Below the pieces are notes generated by a model. It ran no database searches. It was given only the letters and a program-made list of their open reading frames with translations, and had not been told where the DNA came from. 64,000 nt of DNA, from contig CDLV01000006.1 of NCBI GenBank assembly GCA_001244265.2, positions 2,480,001 through 2,544,000 of the forward strand, read 5' to 3'. Shown one piece after another: positions 36,254-50,373 of the stretch. The stretch is from Microbotryum violaceum. Lineage: Eukaryota. Every line of letters begins with the position of its first letter. The stretch's first letter is position 1. The translations under genes were made by a program, and so were the position numbers.

Positions 36254-39200
36254 GACCTGAACCTCTCTCCCTGTGTGCGTCTCTCTCTCGGAGATCGACC
36301 CCTTCGTCGCTGGTCGTCGTCTGGTCGGTTTCAGCCCGAGGGCTCGAGGCAATCCTCGTGCGCCTGCAACGATCCCCGCGCGTCGATCGAAACCCGACGG
36401 TTGGCTGGGACCGGTGGCCTCTGGGTGTGTGGGGGGGTAGCAAGTCACGGGTGTCGCCTTCCTCTGCAGGACGTTGATGTGATCAACTAGTGGGTTTCAT
36501 TCGATGTAATGTGGCGGGCCATCGAGAGTGACGAGAGGGCAAAGTAAAGAACGAGCGTGGGGTCGAGTAGCGTGTGTGGTGTGTGGGAGACGCGAGGAGA
36601 GGCAAACGGGGCTAAGTCAGGCTCAATAAACCGCTACGCTTACGATGGGGAACTTTTGGGCTGAGCAAAGGGCAAAGCGAAGAAAGCGGACGACCACGAC
36701 CGGGACCGACGCGTGCAAGCATAAAAAAGAAAAAAAAAGAAAGAAAAAGAAAAACTGACTGCGACACATCATCAAAGTATTCATGAGTCTCGAACTACCG
36801 CTACGTCAAACCCAGTTCACGGCTAGAGCGAACTGCGAGAGCGTGGGGCTAGCAGGAGCTAGGGGGCACCAGGAAATTGGCTTCTGGGTCGACCGCGCCT
36901 AATTAGTAATAAGCCGTTCCCTTCCCGTCACCGTAAGCGCCATTTTTTAATCGAAGAAGCCAATTCCAAACAAATGGGCAGGCCGATGAGGCCATACTCT
37001 ACTCAAATGGAGCCGTCCGACGTCCAACCCCAGGGCCTTTGTAACTTAATTGGGCGCAACACTCCAGTGCTCCACCCGCCCACCACGAGCCCGCGCCCCG
37101 AATCCGAAGGCGACTAGTGGTTAAATCTGGGAGCACTAGGGCTCGTTTTTGGAAGCACCCGCTCGGCAGCACTAGCAGCCGCAGCTTTGTCTTGAAACGG
37201 ACGGGGGACCGACACCCACGTGCGTTTCAAACAAGGTCGAGTGTGGCGGACCGGGGGTTCGTCGCCCTGGAAATCCGTGATCGGCCGCCCGAGAGGTGAT
37301 CGTTGCCGCATGCTATTTCGAAATCAGGTACACAAGCTTTTTCCCCTGTATGTCGATCCCAACGCTCGCTGTACCGGCTCGAAGATGATGGGCTTGCGTC
37401 CTCGTCGTCTGAGCAAACGTAAGTGTTTCGACGCTATGGCCAGCTCAAATTTGACCATGTTGCAGAAGTGTGCGCGCCAGGGTACACGCTCGATCGACGC
37501 AGCACGCCTACGGCGATGCGCGCGCGCCACGTTTGCCTGCGGATTGCACAAATGCAAGGAGGCGACAAGCTTGTGTCGGTGGCGATTCATCACGAGGAAG
37601 ATGTGACGTTTGAAAGATGTGAAATTCTCGGACGATCAATCACGGTACCTAACAGCGCAAGTTGTGAAAATTTCGACGACGGCGATTCGGGACTCTCGGT
37701 CAAGGGAGACGTGATGATGTCATCGACGTCAAGCCAGTCCGAGCCGAACTGAAAAGGGATCCTGCTAGCCGAAGTCAGCGGGGCGGGACTCGACCGCGCG
37801 CCTCTACATGCGGGCGTGGGAAGGCTGGCCCCTTTCGCCAGTTCTCGCCCGCGCCACAATCGCCTTCAGGATGGGTAAGGGCCACATTTGGGTGGTCTCC
37901 CGGTCTCCCCAAAGTCATATCGCTGGTGGCTGATCATGGCGTGGTAGTCAAGTTATCAACCCAAGGGAACATCGAGCAAAGCGACATTGAGCTGACCTCG
38001 ATAGGGGGTGCCCGGAGTTGGGAATTCCGGAACTGGGTGTTACGGAGAACAAAAGAAGGTTTGGCTGAACTGAGAGTCGAACTCAAGTCCACTCCATTGA
38101 TCAGAGTTGCTCTGACCTCTGAGCTACTCAACCAGCGGGAATAGGTCACGGCAGCGGCGCACCCGGATCAAGCCGGCGGCGGTTCTCCCTCCCATTGGGA
38201 GCCACGGCGGGTGGACGGGAGCGCGGCCACACATTGACTTCTACTCCCGGTTCCTATCCGCGTTTCGCTTCAAATCCGCCACGTGCCGGGCTCAGCCGCC
38301 TTCGGAGGCCGGCAGAGGTGGATAAGAACGGAAGTGATGGCGTCATCAATATGACTCATTCGCTCAGGCGCCCGGTTGGCCCACCCCAAGTCGGCGACGA
38401 CCTCGCATACCTCTCTCTTCTTCTTTCCCTCAGCTGGAATCGACCTCTCGTGGGCCGTGCAAATGCGATGATCCGTGCACCACCTTGGTCATGTTTTGAG
38501 ATTCGCGTCGGGATTACCCATACCGGCATCCCCCCGACCCATGCGTGCTTTCGTTCTCGTCCTTGCTTTGTTCGCTGCTCGTCGATCGAGTGAATCCGCT
38601 GGTGGTGCTCGGACTCTTGCCGACCCCAAGCCCCTTACTGCATGATTACCCTCACCTTCCACAGCCCCGCGATGGGTCGATTGTGTTTACCCGCCCAATG
38701 ATATCACTTTCAAACCGGGTTGTGCAATCGGTGAATCAGCTTGTCGGTCGATGAGTCGCACAGCAGGCGGTCGCACAGAGAGGTGTCGCCTCGACCTCCT
38801 CGGTCTGATGGTGCTCTCCTTGCCATTCGGCGACCTGGTGACTGACACTACCACATGTTCGATGAGGACGCAGGAACAAGATGCTTCTCGCCCACGAAAG
38901 TGCAATACTGTCCGACTGATGAAAGGGGCTCTGAATGTGGTTGGGAAGAAGTGAGTGATCGTCCTCGAAAAGCCTGCCGAGCCTCGATCGCGCTCTTGGA
39001 CTTGTGTTTATTTGCAAGAGGAGCTGAAAGTATTGATCCGTGACCAAAGCACGTAAAAGCTCTGGTAGGGCAGAATTACAATCTGCCGTTCCTGACTGCT
39101 AAATTAAAAAGTCGTAACTAGAGCTCGATGGTTCTAGCTACGTAGAGGTTACTTATAGGGCTGTTCTGTAATGCCTCCCCTGACATTCGGGCTTAGAGTT

Positions 39201-40277
39201 TCCTTATGTCTCAAAGTGCACATTTCGTCGCAAGTTGGGAATGGTGATTTTCGAGAAAAGCCAATCATGTTTAAATTTGAAATTCCCCGGCCCTCGATCA
39301 CTACTAGTCGTTGCCTTTGCTTGAACGCAGCTCCTCCGACTTTTCGGAAAACATCTAGACCTTCTTGAAAGTATGCTGCTACCACATAACACTTATAAGC
39401 ATTCCAGTATCTGTTCTGCAATGATTCGGGGCTATATTCCTGGCCAACTCGGAGGGCTTCGGCTACGCCACACCAAGCCGATCAAGCTTCATATAAGATG
39501 CTGGAATGATCGACGGTGGGTGTCTTTCCAAACCCCTCAGACACCAATTCGAACCGGTCAATGGTCGCGAAAGCGCATTTGATCCTTTCCGGCGCATTCG
39601 GAGGCGTGACGTCGCTTAACTTGAGCTTGATCGTGATCGCCAGCACCGCTCGAATTCTGGAATTCTGCCCTAGGCCTGGCCTGAGACTGACAAGTGCATG
39701 ATGACCTCCCCGACCCCTTTGTTTGACCAGACCCAAGACACACTCATCACGAAATACCCGCCATTTCGCTCCATCGACTCCATCAGTCCGTTCATCTAGC
39801 CTTCGGACATACCATTTATAATAAAAAAAAGCCAAGCCTTGATCCCATCTTGACCCAAGTTAAAACGCGAATCGGACCATCTCCGAGGCGAGAAAGAAAG
39901 AACTGCGCAGCTTCTGTCTTCTGTGTGGGGGTTGCGCTTGGGCTCGTCGCGCGCGCCTGCCGGGCGGGTCACCGAGCGCCGAGGCAGAATCGAGACTCGA
40001 GAGCTGCCCCGAACTTAGTTTGGGGTCAAGATCGGGTCTCCTGTCCGGGAGGGATTTATTCAGGGGCTTACTGAGTGCTTTGTGCTGTTAGTGCAGATCT
40101 GCTCGGGCCGAACGAAGCCCAAATCTTCGGCTTACCCGCCCGGTTGATGAACCTTTTAGATCAGTTTCACGTTCTTGCCCTGGATGTGGAAATACCAACC
40201 GAGTTGGAGAGAGTGAATTACATTGCTTGATAATTTCATTCTTTGATCCCTACTCGACGGACAATGGGAGCTTCCTG

Positions 40278-41747
40278 TCATCGCTTCTTCGCCTTGCCGA
40301 TCCCCCCACCGAACTTGACTTGAGTTCTAAAAAAACCGTGCTTCATCTCCCAATCGATCCCTTTGACCCTCTTCAACCTACCCGTACTCGCCAACGTTTC
40401 AGCGAGGACCTCCATCTCTTCTTTCCTTGGTGTGGAGGAAAGAGAAGGTGATTCGGAAGGGTGGAGGCGGCGGATGTGGAGGGTGGTGGTGAAGGGGGTT
40501 GAGGTCAGGGAGAAAAGGTGGGGGATTGGGGTGGAGTCTGGGATGGGGTAGGTCGCGGAGGGGACTAGGCAGGTCGGGAGGGGGTACCTTGAAGAAATAT
40601 GAGACTTGGATTTTAGTGTTTGGCGTACCAATTCTTCACCACCAAGACCCGATAACCTACTTGAAGGAAAGCAAGTAGAGTCTGAGCGCCTTGGTTGCCC
40701 CACCCGTCGTCTTCGGCGGCACCAATTCACCGAGCTTCAACAATGCACGGTTGTTGCTCGTCGTCGCTTCAGGGAACCAGACGAGCGGTCTGTTGGTCTT
40801 TGAGACGGCTTCTTCCAATGTCATGCCTCGCTCACTGCGCTCGGGAAGCTTGCCGCTGGATAGTAGGGCGGTGGTAAGGGATACAACTCGGTAGGAGGTG
40901 ATGAGTGAGGGTGAAGATGACGAGGCTTTCGAGCCTAGGGATGAGCACGGCAAGAGGAAATAAGGGTTGTACCTGACATTGAGTTCATCTGCGTCAGTAT
41001 CATATTGTAGTGAGATCAAGAATACGTTCGAGACGGGTAACGGGCTTACCGGAACGCGAGGTAGAGCACGTCGATGTAGGAAGAAGAATTGGCGACAATG
41101 AGGTCACCGGCGCGGGGTGTGAACGGTACCGATGGAGGGGATCGCCTGAGAATCGCCAGGGACAAACATGAGTAGAGAAGCAGGAGGAACTTGCGAGTCG
41201 TCGAACGCACCCTGTACGCCGGAGGGATACGGTCTCGGTCGGTATCCAGGCCAGTCCGAGGAGGAAGAGCACGGTGCGACATATGAGCGCGGTGAGGATG
41301 CTGGTCAAGACCGAGTGCAGCGGTGGGACGATGCACTGCGATGGGATAAAAGGTGAGCAGGTCGAATCGCTGTCTGTCCCACGCAAATTTTTCATTCACC
41401 AGAGTGGTCATGAGGAGCTCGACGAGCAACCAATGCGCCAGGATGAGCAGCACGACCAGCAGGGTCAGGACGAAGCCGAGCAGCCACTTGAAGGGCGTGA
41501 CGATCACCTTGACGGCGGGAGGGACGGCATCAGTTGACGCGGGCAGAGGGTACACGAGCGGTGCGATGCCCGTCGAAGGGTCCTGCAGGATTGTCCACAT
41601 CGTAGTTCAGTAGTGAACCGGGAGCGATGTCACAATGTCACCACGGGGCGAGCATGTGGAGCCGCGACTGGAGAGAATGATTGCGGTGATGCAAGATGGC
41701 CACAGGAAGGCATCTGGACTGACCCTGTATTTCGAGTATTTTTCCAT
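40278..41747 (-). CDS. LOA1: Lysophosphatidic acid acyltransferase Loa1/Vps66
   Basis: MEKYSKYR|DPSTGIAP, DLIVANSSSYIDVLYL, PLVWFPEATTSNNRALL. Confidence 0.85.
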
Positions 41748-42032
41748 CCCTCTACTGTGCGCGGTGGCCACGGGAAAAAGACAGAGCAAGTTCGAGGTGA
41801 AGGTGCTTGAAAGACCAGGAAAGGCCAGGAAAAGCCGTAGATGAGGACCAGGAAAGGCCGTAGACTGTCGTAGAGAGTGCCGTTCTCCGCCGCGCGTTCG
41901 CTGAGATTCGCTGCTTGACTTCTGCGCGTTACTAGCGTCACTGCTCGCCTGCTCGCAGTCGCTGCGAGTTCGCGCCCCTCACCGGCCTCACCCCTCACCA
42001 CCCCACACCACTTCCGCGCCGCCCTCACTGCC

Positions 42033-45000
42033 ATGGATCGGTTCGTACGCCTGTCGAGCTTCCTCGAGAACTGCCTCGCCAACCCGGACCCTTCGCTCGT
42101 GTCCAAGCTGCAGCTCAAGCTCGAACGCGCGCGACCGGCCCTGCTCGACCTGTTGGACCTCGTACCCAAGAGCAGTACAGAGAGGCAGCAACTCGAGAAT
42201 GGTACGTTCGTCACGTTCTTCATCCTCGCGCGGATGAACGTACCCGAGCTGCTTTGCTGACTGAACGCTCCGCTGTCAACTGTGCATCTCCCCCCACTCA
42301 CGCCTTCGTCAATGCTCGCTTCCTGCCGCTCTGCAATCCACGCCCAACGTCTCCAACAGGCTCCTTCACCTACGTGGCCACGGGCACCAACTACCCCGCT
42401 GGCCCCGCGCTCGTCAAGGACATCCTCTTCCTCGCGGACCAGCTCTCCATCTCCGAGCACCTCGCCGCCTCCCTCGTCTCGTACGCCATCAACGCCAAGC
42501 CCAGAGCCGGCAGGGGTAGGGCCGAATCAGGTCTCGTCGTCTTTCTTGACGAACGAGCCGCCTTGATCGCGTCTCTGCACGCCATATGGAGAGGCGCACT
42601 CTCGGCCGATGAAAGGCTCGCCGCGAGCGGACTGCAACGCGTGTTCGAGCGAGAAACGGAGGAGCTTGTGCGCGGCAAAGGTGCTTCCGTCAATGTCGAT
42701 CCAAACGACAAGAACAAAAGGGGTACCTGGGTCCAGAAGGTCGTCGAGACGATAGAGCATCTGCGAGTCCAGGCCGCCGCGCTGCGGAGTAAGCTTGAGC
42801 AACCCCTCGCAGCCGGAGGTGCCGGCTTCTCATCAGCTCTGGTACCAGCACAAGGGTTGACGTCAGCACCATCCGGCAACTTCGCCGATGAGGTGGTCGA
42901 GATGCGAATTCAGCGTTACGACGACGAGCGCCGCGGCCTCGCCCAGCTCCTCTTCTTCCTGGGCGCTGCTCGACAGATCAACAAGGACGAGTTGCTCGCG
43001 CTCGCCCGACGAGTCTCGACCACCGAAGCGAACGATCCCGCTGCCGTCTACCTCCTCGTCGCTCTACTGGCCGCTTTGGACTGTTCTGATGAAAGCTCGA
43101 CCGAATTCTTCTACCCGCTCTTCACCGACTCGGCCTTTGTCAACTCGTTCAACCAGCTCCTGCAGGGCAAGTGGGCCGTACCCCAACTCAAAGCGACTGT
43201 ACAACTGCAGTGGACCATTTTCCTCGATGCCGCAGCTCGCGCGGTTCCCAACTTTGAGACCGATGGAGGCGAATTCGTCGACGCGCTGACCTGGCAGGCG
43301 CTCGATGCTGGCGTCTTTGGATTTCTGGGTCGTTCTGTCCTTGCGTTCAAGATGGACTCGGAGTCGGGCGAGATCTGGAGTACCGTCGGCTCGGACGCGA
43401 CAACTCTGTCGAGTGGGTCCACGGTTGAACCTTGGTTCCAAGAGCACGTGACGCAGCAAATTGAGGTTCTCGTGCTCGACATCTTAACGAACAAGATCTC
43501 GATCCTGCGAAAGCTGCGCAACCGCGAAGAGGACGTCGAATCGACCTCGCACCGCGGTGGTGGATTCCGGAGCTCGCAACGCTCGAGGGCTGCCGGGGGA
43601 GATCACGACGAGCACCCCATCGTCGCACGGCACGACCTTGAAGCCTTTTTCCTCCTCATTGCGACCCTTTACCGCGGTGAACCCGATTCGGGGCTCAAAT
43701 TTTGGGAAGAGGTCCTTGAAGATGGGTCGATGCACGCCATGACGAGTCGGTTGTCTGCGTTCCTGCGGTGGGGTTCGGAATGCCGACCTCCAGCGATGAT
43801 GAGGGCTTTCTACGAGATGGTTGCCAGCCTCGCGTCGGGTCCCATCTCTGCGACGTACGCCTTCGAGTTCCTCGGCGCCTCGGACAGTGGCACCAAGAAT
43901 GCCATGCAAGCCTCGCCGACGTTTTCGTGGTCGGCTTTGTTCGGTGCGCTCGAGTTCTACCACACGAACCTCCCCGATCGACCGATGGAGGCAGGTGCGA
44001 ATGCGGAGGGTGTGCTCGGCGAGATGCCACCGGAAGAGGTGCCGATCCTGCGCTCATTCGTGCGATTGCTGAGGCAGGTCGTCAGTTACTCGGACGTTGC
44101 TCGAGCTACCTTGTACGACAACCAGCGACATCGCCCTATCGCGACCTTGTTCGCTCTGTTGGGCCGACCCATACCCATCGAGCTCAAGGCAAGTCTCATC
44201 TCCGCTATTGCTGCCTTTTCTCGGCCCGGCGGAACGTTTGGCGTCGACGTTGCTCGCCGAACATGGACCGCGCTCGAACAGAGTCAAATTCTGCCCACCT
44301 TGGCGCCATCGGAAGGGAGGGACGCTCGTGGAGGTGCCGGTTTGGCGATGGGACGAACAGGTGGCTGTTTGCGGGGCCCAGGTCCGCTCAGCATCGAGGG
44401 AGGGCTCTTTACTGAGCTGGAAGAGGTCGAGGCGCCAAACAAGGTCTACCCGGAATCGACGGCCTTTGTCCAGCTCCTCAATACGCTCATTCACACCCCT
44501 TCGACGCTCGAGCCTCTGCGCCGAGGCGTGGAGATCGACTCGCATACGATCCCCGACAACTTGGGCGCGCCACATCGAGCCCCCGGTATCGATCCGTATC
44601 TCAAGTTCGTGATCGACGACGTATTGCTCAAGACGGGTGCGCGTGAATTCGCCGACCAGCGCGAACGGTGGAAGGTCACAGACGCGTGCTTGTTGTTTGT
44701 AGAGAAATGCCTGGCCTCGTACGACCTCGGGCCTTTCCTTGCTTGGATCTCTGCGGGCGGCCAAAAGGCTTCGAGGAACAACGCCTCAGCTTTGACACCA
44801 CTAGCGCACCTCACGGTCCACCCTGGATTCGAGATCCTTACTCGCTTGCTCAGCTCCGGACCTCTGCTCGACCAGATACTCACCATCATCATCGCCGGCC
44901 AGGATGCGATTCAAAACAACCTCGCTGGGACGCCTTTATTCACGTCGTGCATGCTGCGATGCATGAGGATCGTCAAGCGCAGTCTCGAGTTGCAGGCACC

Positions 45001-48000
45001 CTTCCTCGAAGTTGTGGTCCCATCAATCGCCGAGACGTTGCTCCCTTTGCCGCAGGACAAGCTCAACCGACTTAAGACGCTCTCTCCGATAGACCAACTG
45101 CTCTTGTACCAGTCCGAGGCTGTTGTTCAAATTGCCCTGCTGATCAACTGCGAGGAAGAAGACGAGATCGCTTTACTGGCGGTCCAGGTCCTGGCGACCA
45201 TCGCCGAGTCACCGTTCTTCGACGTTGTGCAAAAATTCCCCGAGCAGAGCCGCGTGAAGCTTAATCGACTCGTAGGGCTATTGCAAGCCTCGCCCGAGAC
45301 GTTGAGGATCTTGGACGGCGTCATCATGCGACTCGAAGCGGACATTCCGGAGAGCGATCTCGAACTCGGCGAGCCTGATGGCTTTGGCGCGGGAAGCATC
45401 CGCCAGGCCATTCGTTCGGCTCTGTTGGACTTGATGTTGCAGAACACGCAACCGGGCAAGACCGCGCCCAATATCGCTCATCTATTGCTGGGGTTCAATG
45501 TTCGTGGACGACTAGAGGAGATGCAGATTGATGATCCGGATGCGGCGGATACGCAACGTACCAGCCTGCATGTCGTGTTGGATCTATTGGCGCAGAATGT
45601 CTCGAAGGAGACGGATGTGCAGGTAAGTTCAGGATGCCGCCCGTCAGGAGTCGTCATGCCACGGACGAGAAGCTGATGCGAATGATCTTCTTTCATGAAT
45701 AGATGTCGATCCTGTTTCGACACCCCACTTTTGCGGCCAAGTGCTATCGCCTCATCCGACAGCTCTGCCTTCACCCCTACACCTCCTCGGCTGTGTCACG
45801 CTACCTGCGCAACCGCGAGCAATTCTTCTTCCGCCAGACGCAGGCGCTGCCCTTTGGCATCCCCGCCGCGAGTGGTGGTGCGCTCGGAGGCGTGCAGTAC
45901 GTCGACGGCAAACAGCTCGTCACATCTTCTTCGGCCGTTTGTGCGATCCTGCAGTCGCAGGCGTGGTTGCTCGAATCCACGGCGCTCGAGTTGAACATGT
46001 TGGCCAACAGCCAAGACACGCGACGACAAGTTGAGCTCGTTGGAACTCTGTTCGAGAACCCGACCTCGGCAGACGCCGAAATTTCAGACGCATTCGACCA
46101 GGATGCATTCGATCAAGCGCTTCCTCGCATGCTCGAGATCTTCCACGCCCTTGACTTTTCATGGCACGACTCGATCGCGCCGAACGAGTACCGTTTGAAC
46201 TTTTTCGCCGAGTTACGCTTCGACGCGTGTCTCAAGGCGGACTCGACGGGTTGTGAAGTGTACGACTTTGGCGCTGTCTTGTCGTTGCTCAGTGCGGCTC
46301 GTCGGGAGCTGCAGAACCGTGGCATGCTCAGCAGCTCCACGCAACAGGAAGAGGCGAAGCGCGAAAGCAAAGTGATCCTCGAGACGCTTGTGATCGAGAA
46401 CCACCGACGCGAGATCCAGTTCGCTCGCTACCATGCCCTGCGCGCCTGGAGAAGTTTGCTCGACATCACCTTGACCAAGTCGTTCCACCTCTTGCCGTCC
46501 GAAGGTCGTCATTCACTCTTGCTCGACCTCATGTCCGCCATTCTTCCCCCGCTCGCGGCTTCAGAAACGGAGCAGGCGATTAGCGAATTACTTGCTGGGG
46601 CTGCGGTACTTTTAATGACCAAGTTAAGCGAGGAGGGAATCCGGGTCGTCTTCTTCGAGTCGGCGGAGGCCGTGCAATCCGTCTCGCCCGAACGCCTCCA
46701 CGCCGTCTTGCGACTGATTCTTCAAGCGATCCTCCAACCCGGTGTCTCGCCGATTGTCCGGGGGAACCTGTACGCCGTCTTGCTCAACTATATCCAGTAC
46801 TCGTCCAAAATGGCCTCGCTATCTCCATCGCTCGCTAAGACGCTCGGCAACGGCTCGGTCGCCGATGATGCATCGATTCTCGGCTCTTTGGCCGCTGGTC
46901 CGCACGACGACTTGATCTCGCTTGATGGACTGTCCTCGATCGGGGGAGGTTTGTCCTCGCGTGCGAAGAGGAACTTGCTCGAGGCAGGCAACTTTTCGAT
47001 CCTTCACTCTGCGATTGAACGACTCCTCCCCGTCATTTGTCGTGATGCTGCCGCTGGCCACGAGGTTTGGCGCACCGTCGCCTTCACTGCGTTGGATGCG
47101 CTCATGAACGTCGCCGAAGAGGCACGAGCGAGTTCGCGCGCCTTGTCCATCTTGTCCAAGCAAGGCTATTTGCAGAATTTCGTCGCGGCGTTGAAAGGCG
47201 CCGAGGTGGATCTACAAGAAGCGCTTAAGCCGGATCCGGAATCGTTGAATGCGCTCTATGTCTACGAGGCGCAGATGTCGTTCTTAATTCGACTTGCTTC
47301 GACGAGGGAAGGGGCGGAGAAGTTGATGGATGCCGAGGTATTAGCCAAGTTGGCAGATTGCGATTACCTGGGGGCACGACCTGTTGCTGATACGAATTCG
47401 ATGGGTGGGTCAAGGTCGCTTCGATCAGTCGAGTACATTGTACGTTCACTGACTCGCAGCCGCTGCCGAAATTTCACAGACTTTGAAGGCTTCCTTCCGC
47501 CCGCATCGGAACGACACCATCAATTGTTGTTGCCAGCTCTTCAGCTCGTCGTCGGGACGCTCGTCTCGTTCGGTGCCGATACCCAGATCGCGACCCGTCA
47601 AGCCCTCGCTTTTGTCAGAGGCCAACGCGAGAACTTGCTCGTGGCGCTCAAAGATTGCGCAAATTTGCAGACGGCCTCGTCGTTGAGAGAGGCGCATTTG
47701 ATTGTCACTTTGCTCAGCATCGTTTTGCCCTCGGTGTCCGACGAGGATCTGACGACGCTGTCGTCATTCGGTGGCTTGCATGCGGCGTTGCTCAACCTTT
47801 CGGCCAAGACGTGCGGACCTCAGGACTGGGTCGCCGGCGTGTTGCCGTCGAATGAGACGGAGAGGGACGAGGATCAAACACTGGTACTTGGTAAGTTCCC
47901 GTACTGGGCCGACGCTTTCAGTATCCGACTGGCTAAAGCTGCATCAACAGGTTTCCGCCACGACGCGAACATCTTCTCCGACAAAGTCGAGACGCTCGTC

Positions 48001-48839
48001 GAATCGCTCGAAGCGGCGATCCTGACCTACCAAAGCGTCGCGACGCGTAAAAAGCCGGGTACGAACGCGTTCCGGCCCGTTTGGGCACCTTCCTTGTCCG
48101 CTACGGAGGCGACGTTGGGTTCGGCGGGAGCGTTCTTAAGGGACACGGCAATGGTGCTCAAGACGCGGTTGGATGATGTGACGAGGTTGGTCGGTTATTT
48201 GGATGGGTTCGATACGACCTCGTTGGAGGAGATTGAAGAGGTGAGTCGGCACGTTCGTCGCTGTGGTGCTTCGTCACGTTATACGGGTTCTAACCCTCCG
48301 TACATATGCTGCAGGTCTTCTCGTTCCCCGAGGAGGAAGGTATCGATGGTTCAGAGAGGCGGCAACGCGTCCTGCAAGAGCTGCAGGCGCTGCACGCCAC
48401 CTTGCGAGTGAAGGTCACGTCTTCGCTTCGTAAGTCTCCACGAGGGTCCTGTCTTCCCCTGAAACCCTGGAGAACTCATCAGACCGATTTTCTTGTTTTC
48501 TTAGACCTTCTCGAACTCGGCCTGTTGCTCTACTGGCGCCACATCGCCTTCTTCCTGGACCCGGAACGGCTAGCGTCCGAAGCGCAATCCTCGCGTCCCG
48601 AATTCGGTGTCGGCTTAGCCGAGACCCTTCGAACACGTTCCTCCACCACCTCAATCTCTCCATTCGATCTTCCAACTCTACGAGACGGGGTAACAAAGGA
48701 ATTCAACGAGCGTTTGTCGCCGCTTTTGGCGGCTCTGGAGTTCAATCAGAAGAATGTGGGGAGCAGTTGGAGGAATCGCGAGCAGTACGTCGGGGTCGTC
48801 GCGAGGAGGTTGCAGAGCGTGTTATTGTTGGATGCATGA
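42033..48839 (+). CDS. NUP192: Nucleoporin Nup192/Nup205
   Basis: Roughly 2000-aa helical protein across ORFs 42033, 42254, 45703 and 48306; ELEEVE..YPESTAFVQLL, IPDNLGAPHRAPGIDPYLKFV, PNIAHLLLGF. Confidence 0.9.
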
Positions 48840-49000
48840 CAGGGGAGAGTCTCTTTTTTTAGCTTGGGTTTTTAAATGAAATACTGTATGATATCACGTC
48901 CCCATGTATTGGCTGGATTGTACGATCGTGCGCGTGACAGCTCGTGAGAGGCTAGGACCTGCTGAGGTTCGTGAGGCCGTGAGGGCTTGTGCGTACAATA

Positions 49001-49021
49001 CCCCCCCCCCCCCCCCCCCCC
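49001..49021. repeat. C21 homopolymer
   Basis: 21 consecutive C between NUP192 and CGR1. Confidence 0.9.
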
Positions 49022-49390
49022 ACTTGAGGCGAGGTGCGAGGAGATGCGAGGCGCGTCCGTTTATGAACTAGGCTGGTTGGCGCAGATTTTTGAGTTATTT
49101 TTATTTTTATGAGTATTTGTTCATGTAGGTTAAATGAAAGAAAATTAAAAATGGCGCCCAACTCGATCGGATCACTTGGAGAAGCCGGCCCGGGCAGGCG
49201 CGGCAGGGGCGCGAGACGAATCACTTCGCAGCCGACGATCATTACCTGTCTCCGCTCTCGGCTGCTGAGCTCGTTCGCCTCATCCCACTCGCACTCAATT
49301 CAAGGGCACGTATCCGACTCGCACCCAGAGTCAACAGCACCTCTTCAAGGTTTATACGTTTACACTTTATTTTCGGCACGCCTGTTCACG

Positions 49391-50003
49391 ATGGTTCCTC
49401 TGCCCGTGTGGGAAGACCGACCGGTCGACAGCTGGAAGACGGTGCCTTCGAACGTGGCCACCTCTCCGACCGAGCCCCTCCCCGCTCAGCCCTTCATCAA
49501 GAACGTCAGTGGCAAAGCGTGGAAACAACCTCGGCCCCAAGCGACGGTGAGGAGTCAGGGTAAAGGCGCGGGTAACAAGAGGTGGAGTGAGAGGTTGGAA
49601 GAGAGGAAGAAGATGGACGCGGTCAAGAGGTTGGCCAAGTGAGTCGGACCTTACCTATGATTTATATGCATCACTTGAACTTGCTGATGGACGTGTTGGG
49701 GTTTGCGTGGTATAGGGAGATGCAGGACGAGAAGAAGGCCGAGATCGAGAGGAAACGGACCATCACAAAGGAACGACAGGACAAGGCCAAGGAGAAGTTG
49801 AGGTTGGAGGAGATGGCAAAAAGGGTTAGTCATACTGAGATGACCTACATCGTGATCACACGAGGCGTAGCGGACCATCCGACGTTCCGAAAAGATGAGT
49901 CGAAAAACTGATCCGCTATCGAGACCGCTTCGCGCAGATGTCGGCCAAGAAGTTGCAGAGAACGCAAAAGAGGCTTGGAAGGACCAAGAAGGTCAACCAC
50001 TAG
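49391..50003 (+). CDS. CGR1: rRNA-processing protein Cgr1
   Basis: SGKAWK, WSERLEERKK..VK, EMQDEKKAE..ER..KEK.RLEEMAK, MSAKKLQR..KR; two introns. Confidence 0.9.
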
Positions 50004-50373
50004 ATCTTGTACAGCTGATTTGGTCGTTTCACTCGCTCTACTCAGCCCCTGGGACATGTCAACGTTTTAAAATTCGTTCACGCGATTCGCCGTTGTTTCG
50101 TCGCTCTTCCTTTCTTTTTCTGTTGTAAATCCAAGCATCATTACAGTCTACAGTACTCATCAAAGAAAGCTTCATTCGATATAACATGAAGCTAGAGAGA
50201 CTCGTCCAGCAGCCATCCTTTCTTGAACTAAAGTAAAGGCTCCGTACCAAAGCCCCATCCCACCCCGAGCCCCCCTCACTCGACCTCACATGAGAATTCT
50301 TAACGGACCCACACAGCCCTTCGTTCCCGGCACCGGTGCCGAACGCGGGTGATTCAAGGATACCTTCCGGTAG

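Noticed and set aside
39990-40150. Possible structured RNA or tRNA (short GC hairpins)
   Set aside because: No cloverleaf or A/B-box arrangement; stems are short and imperfect.
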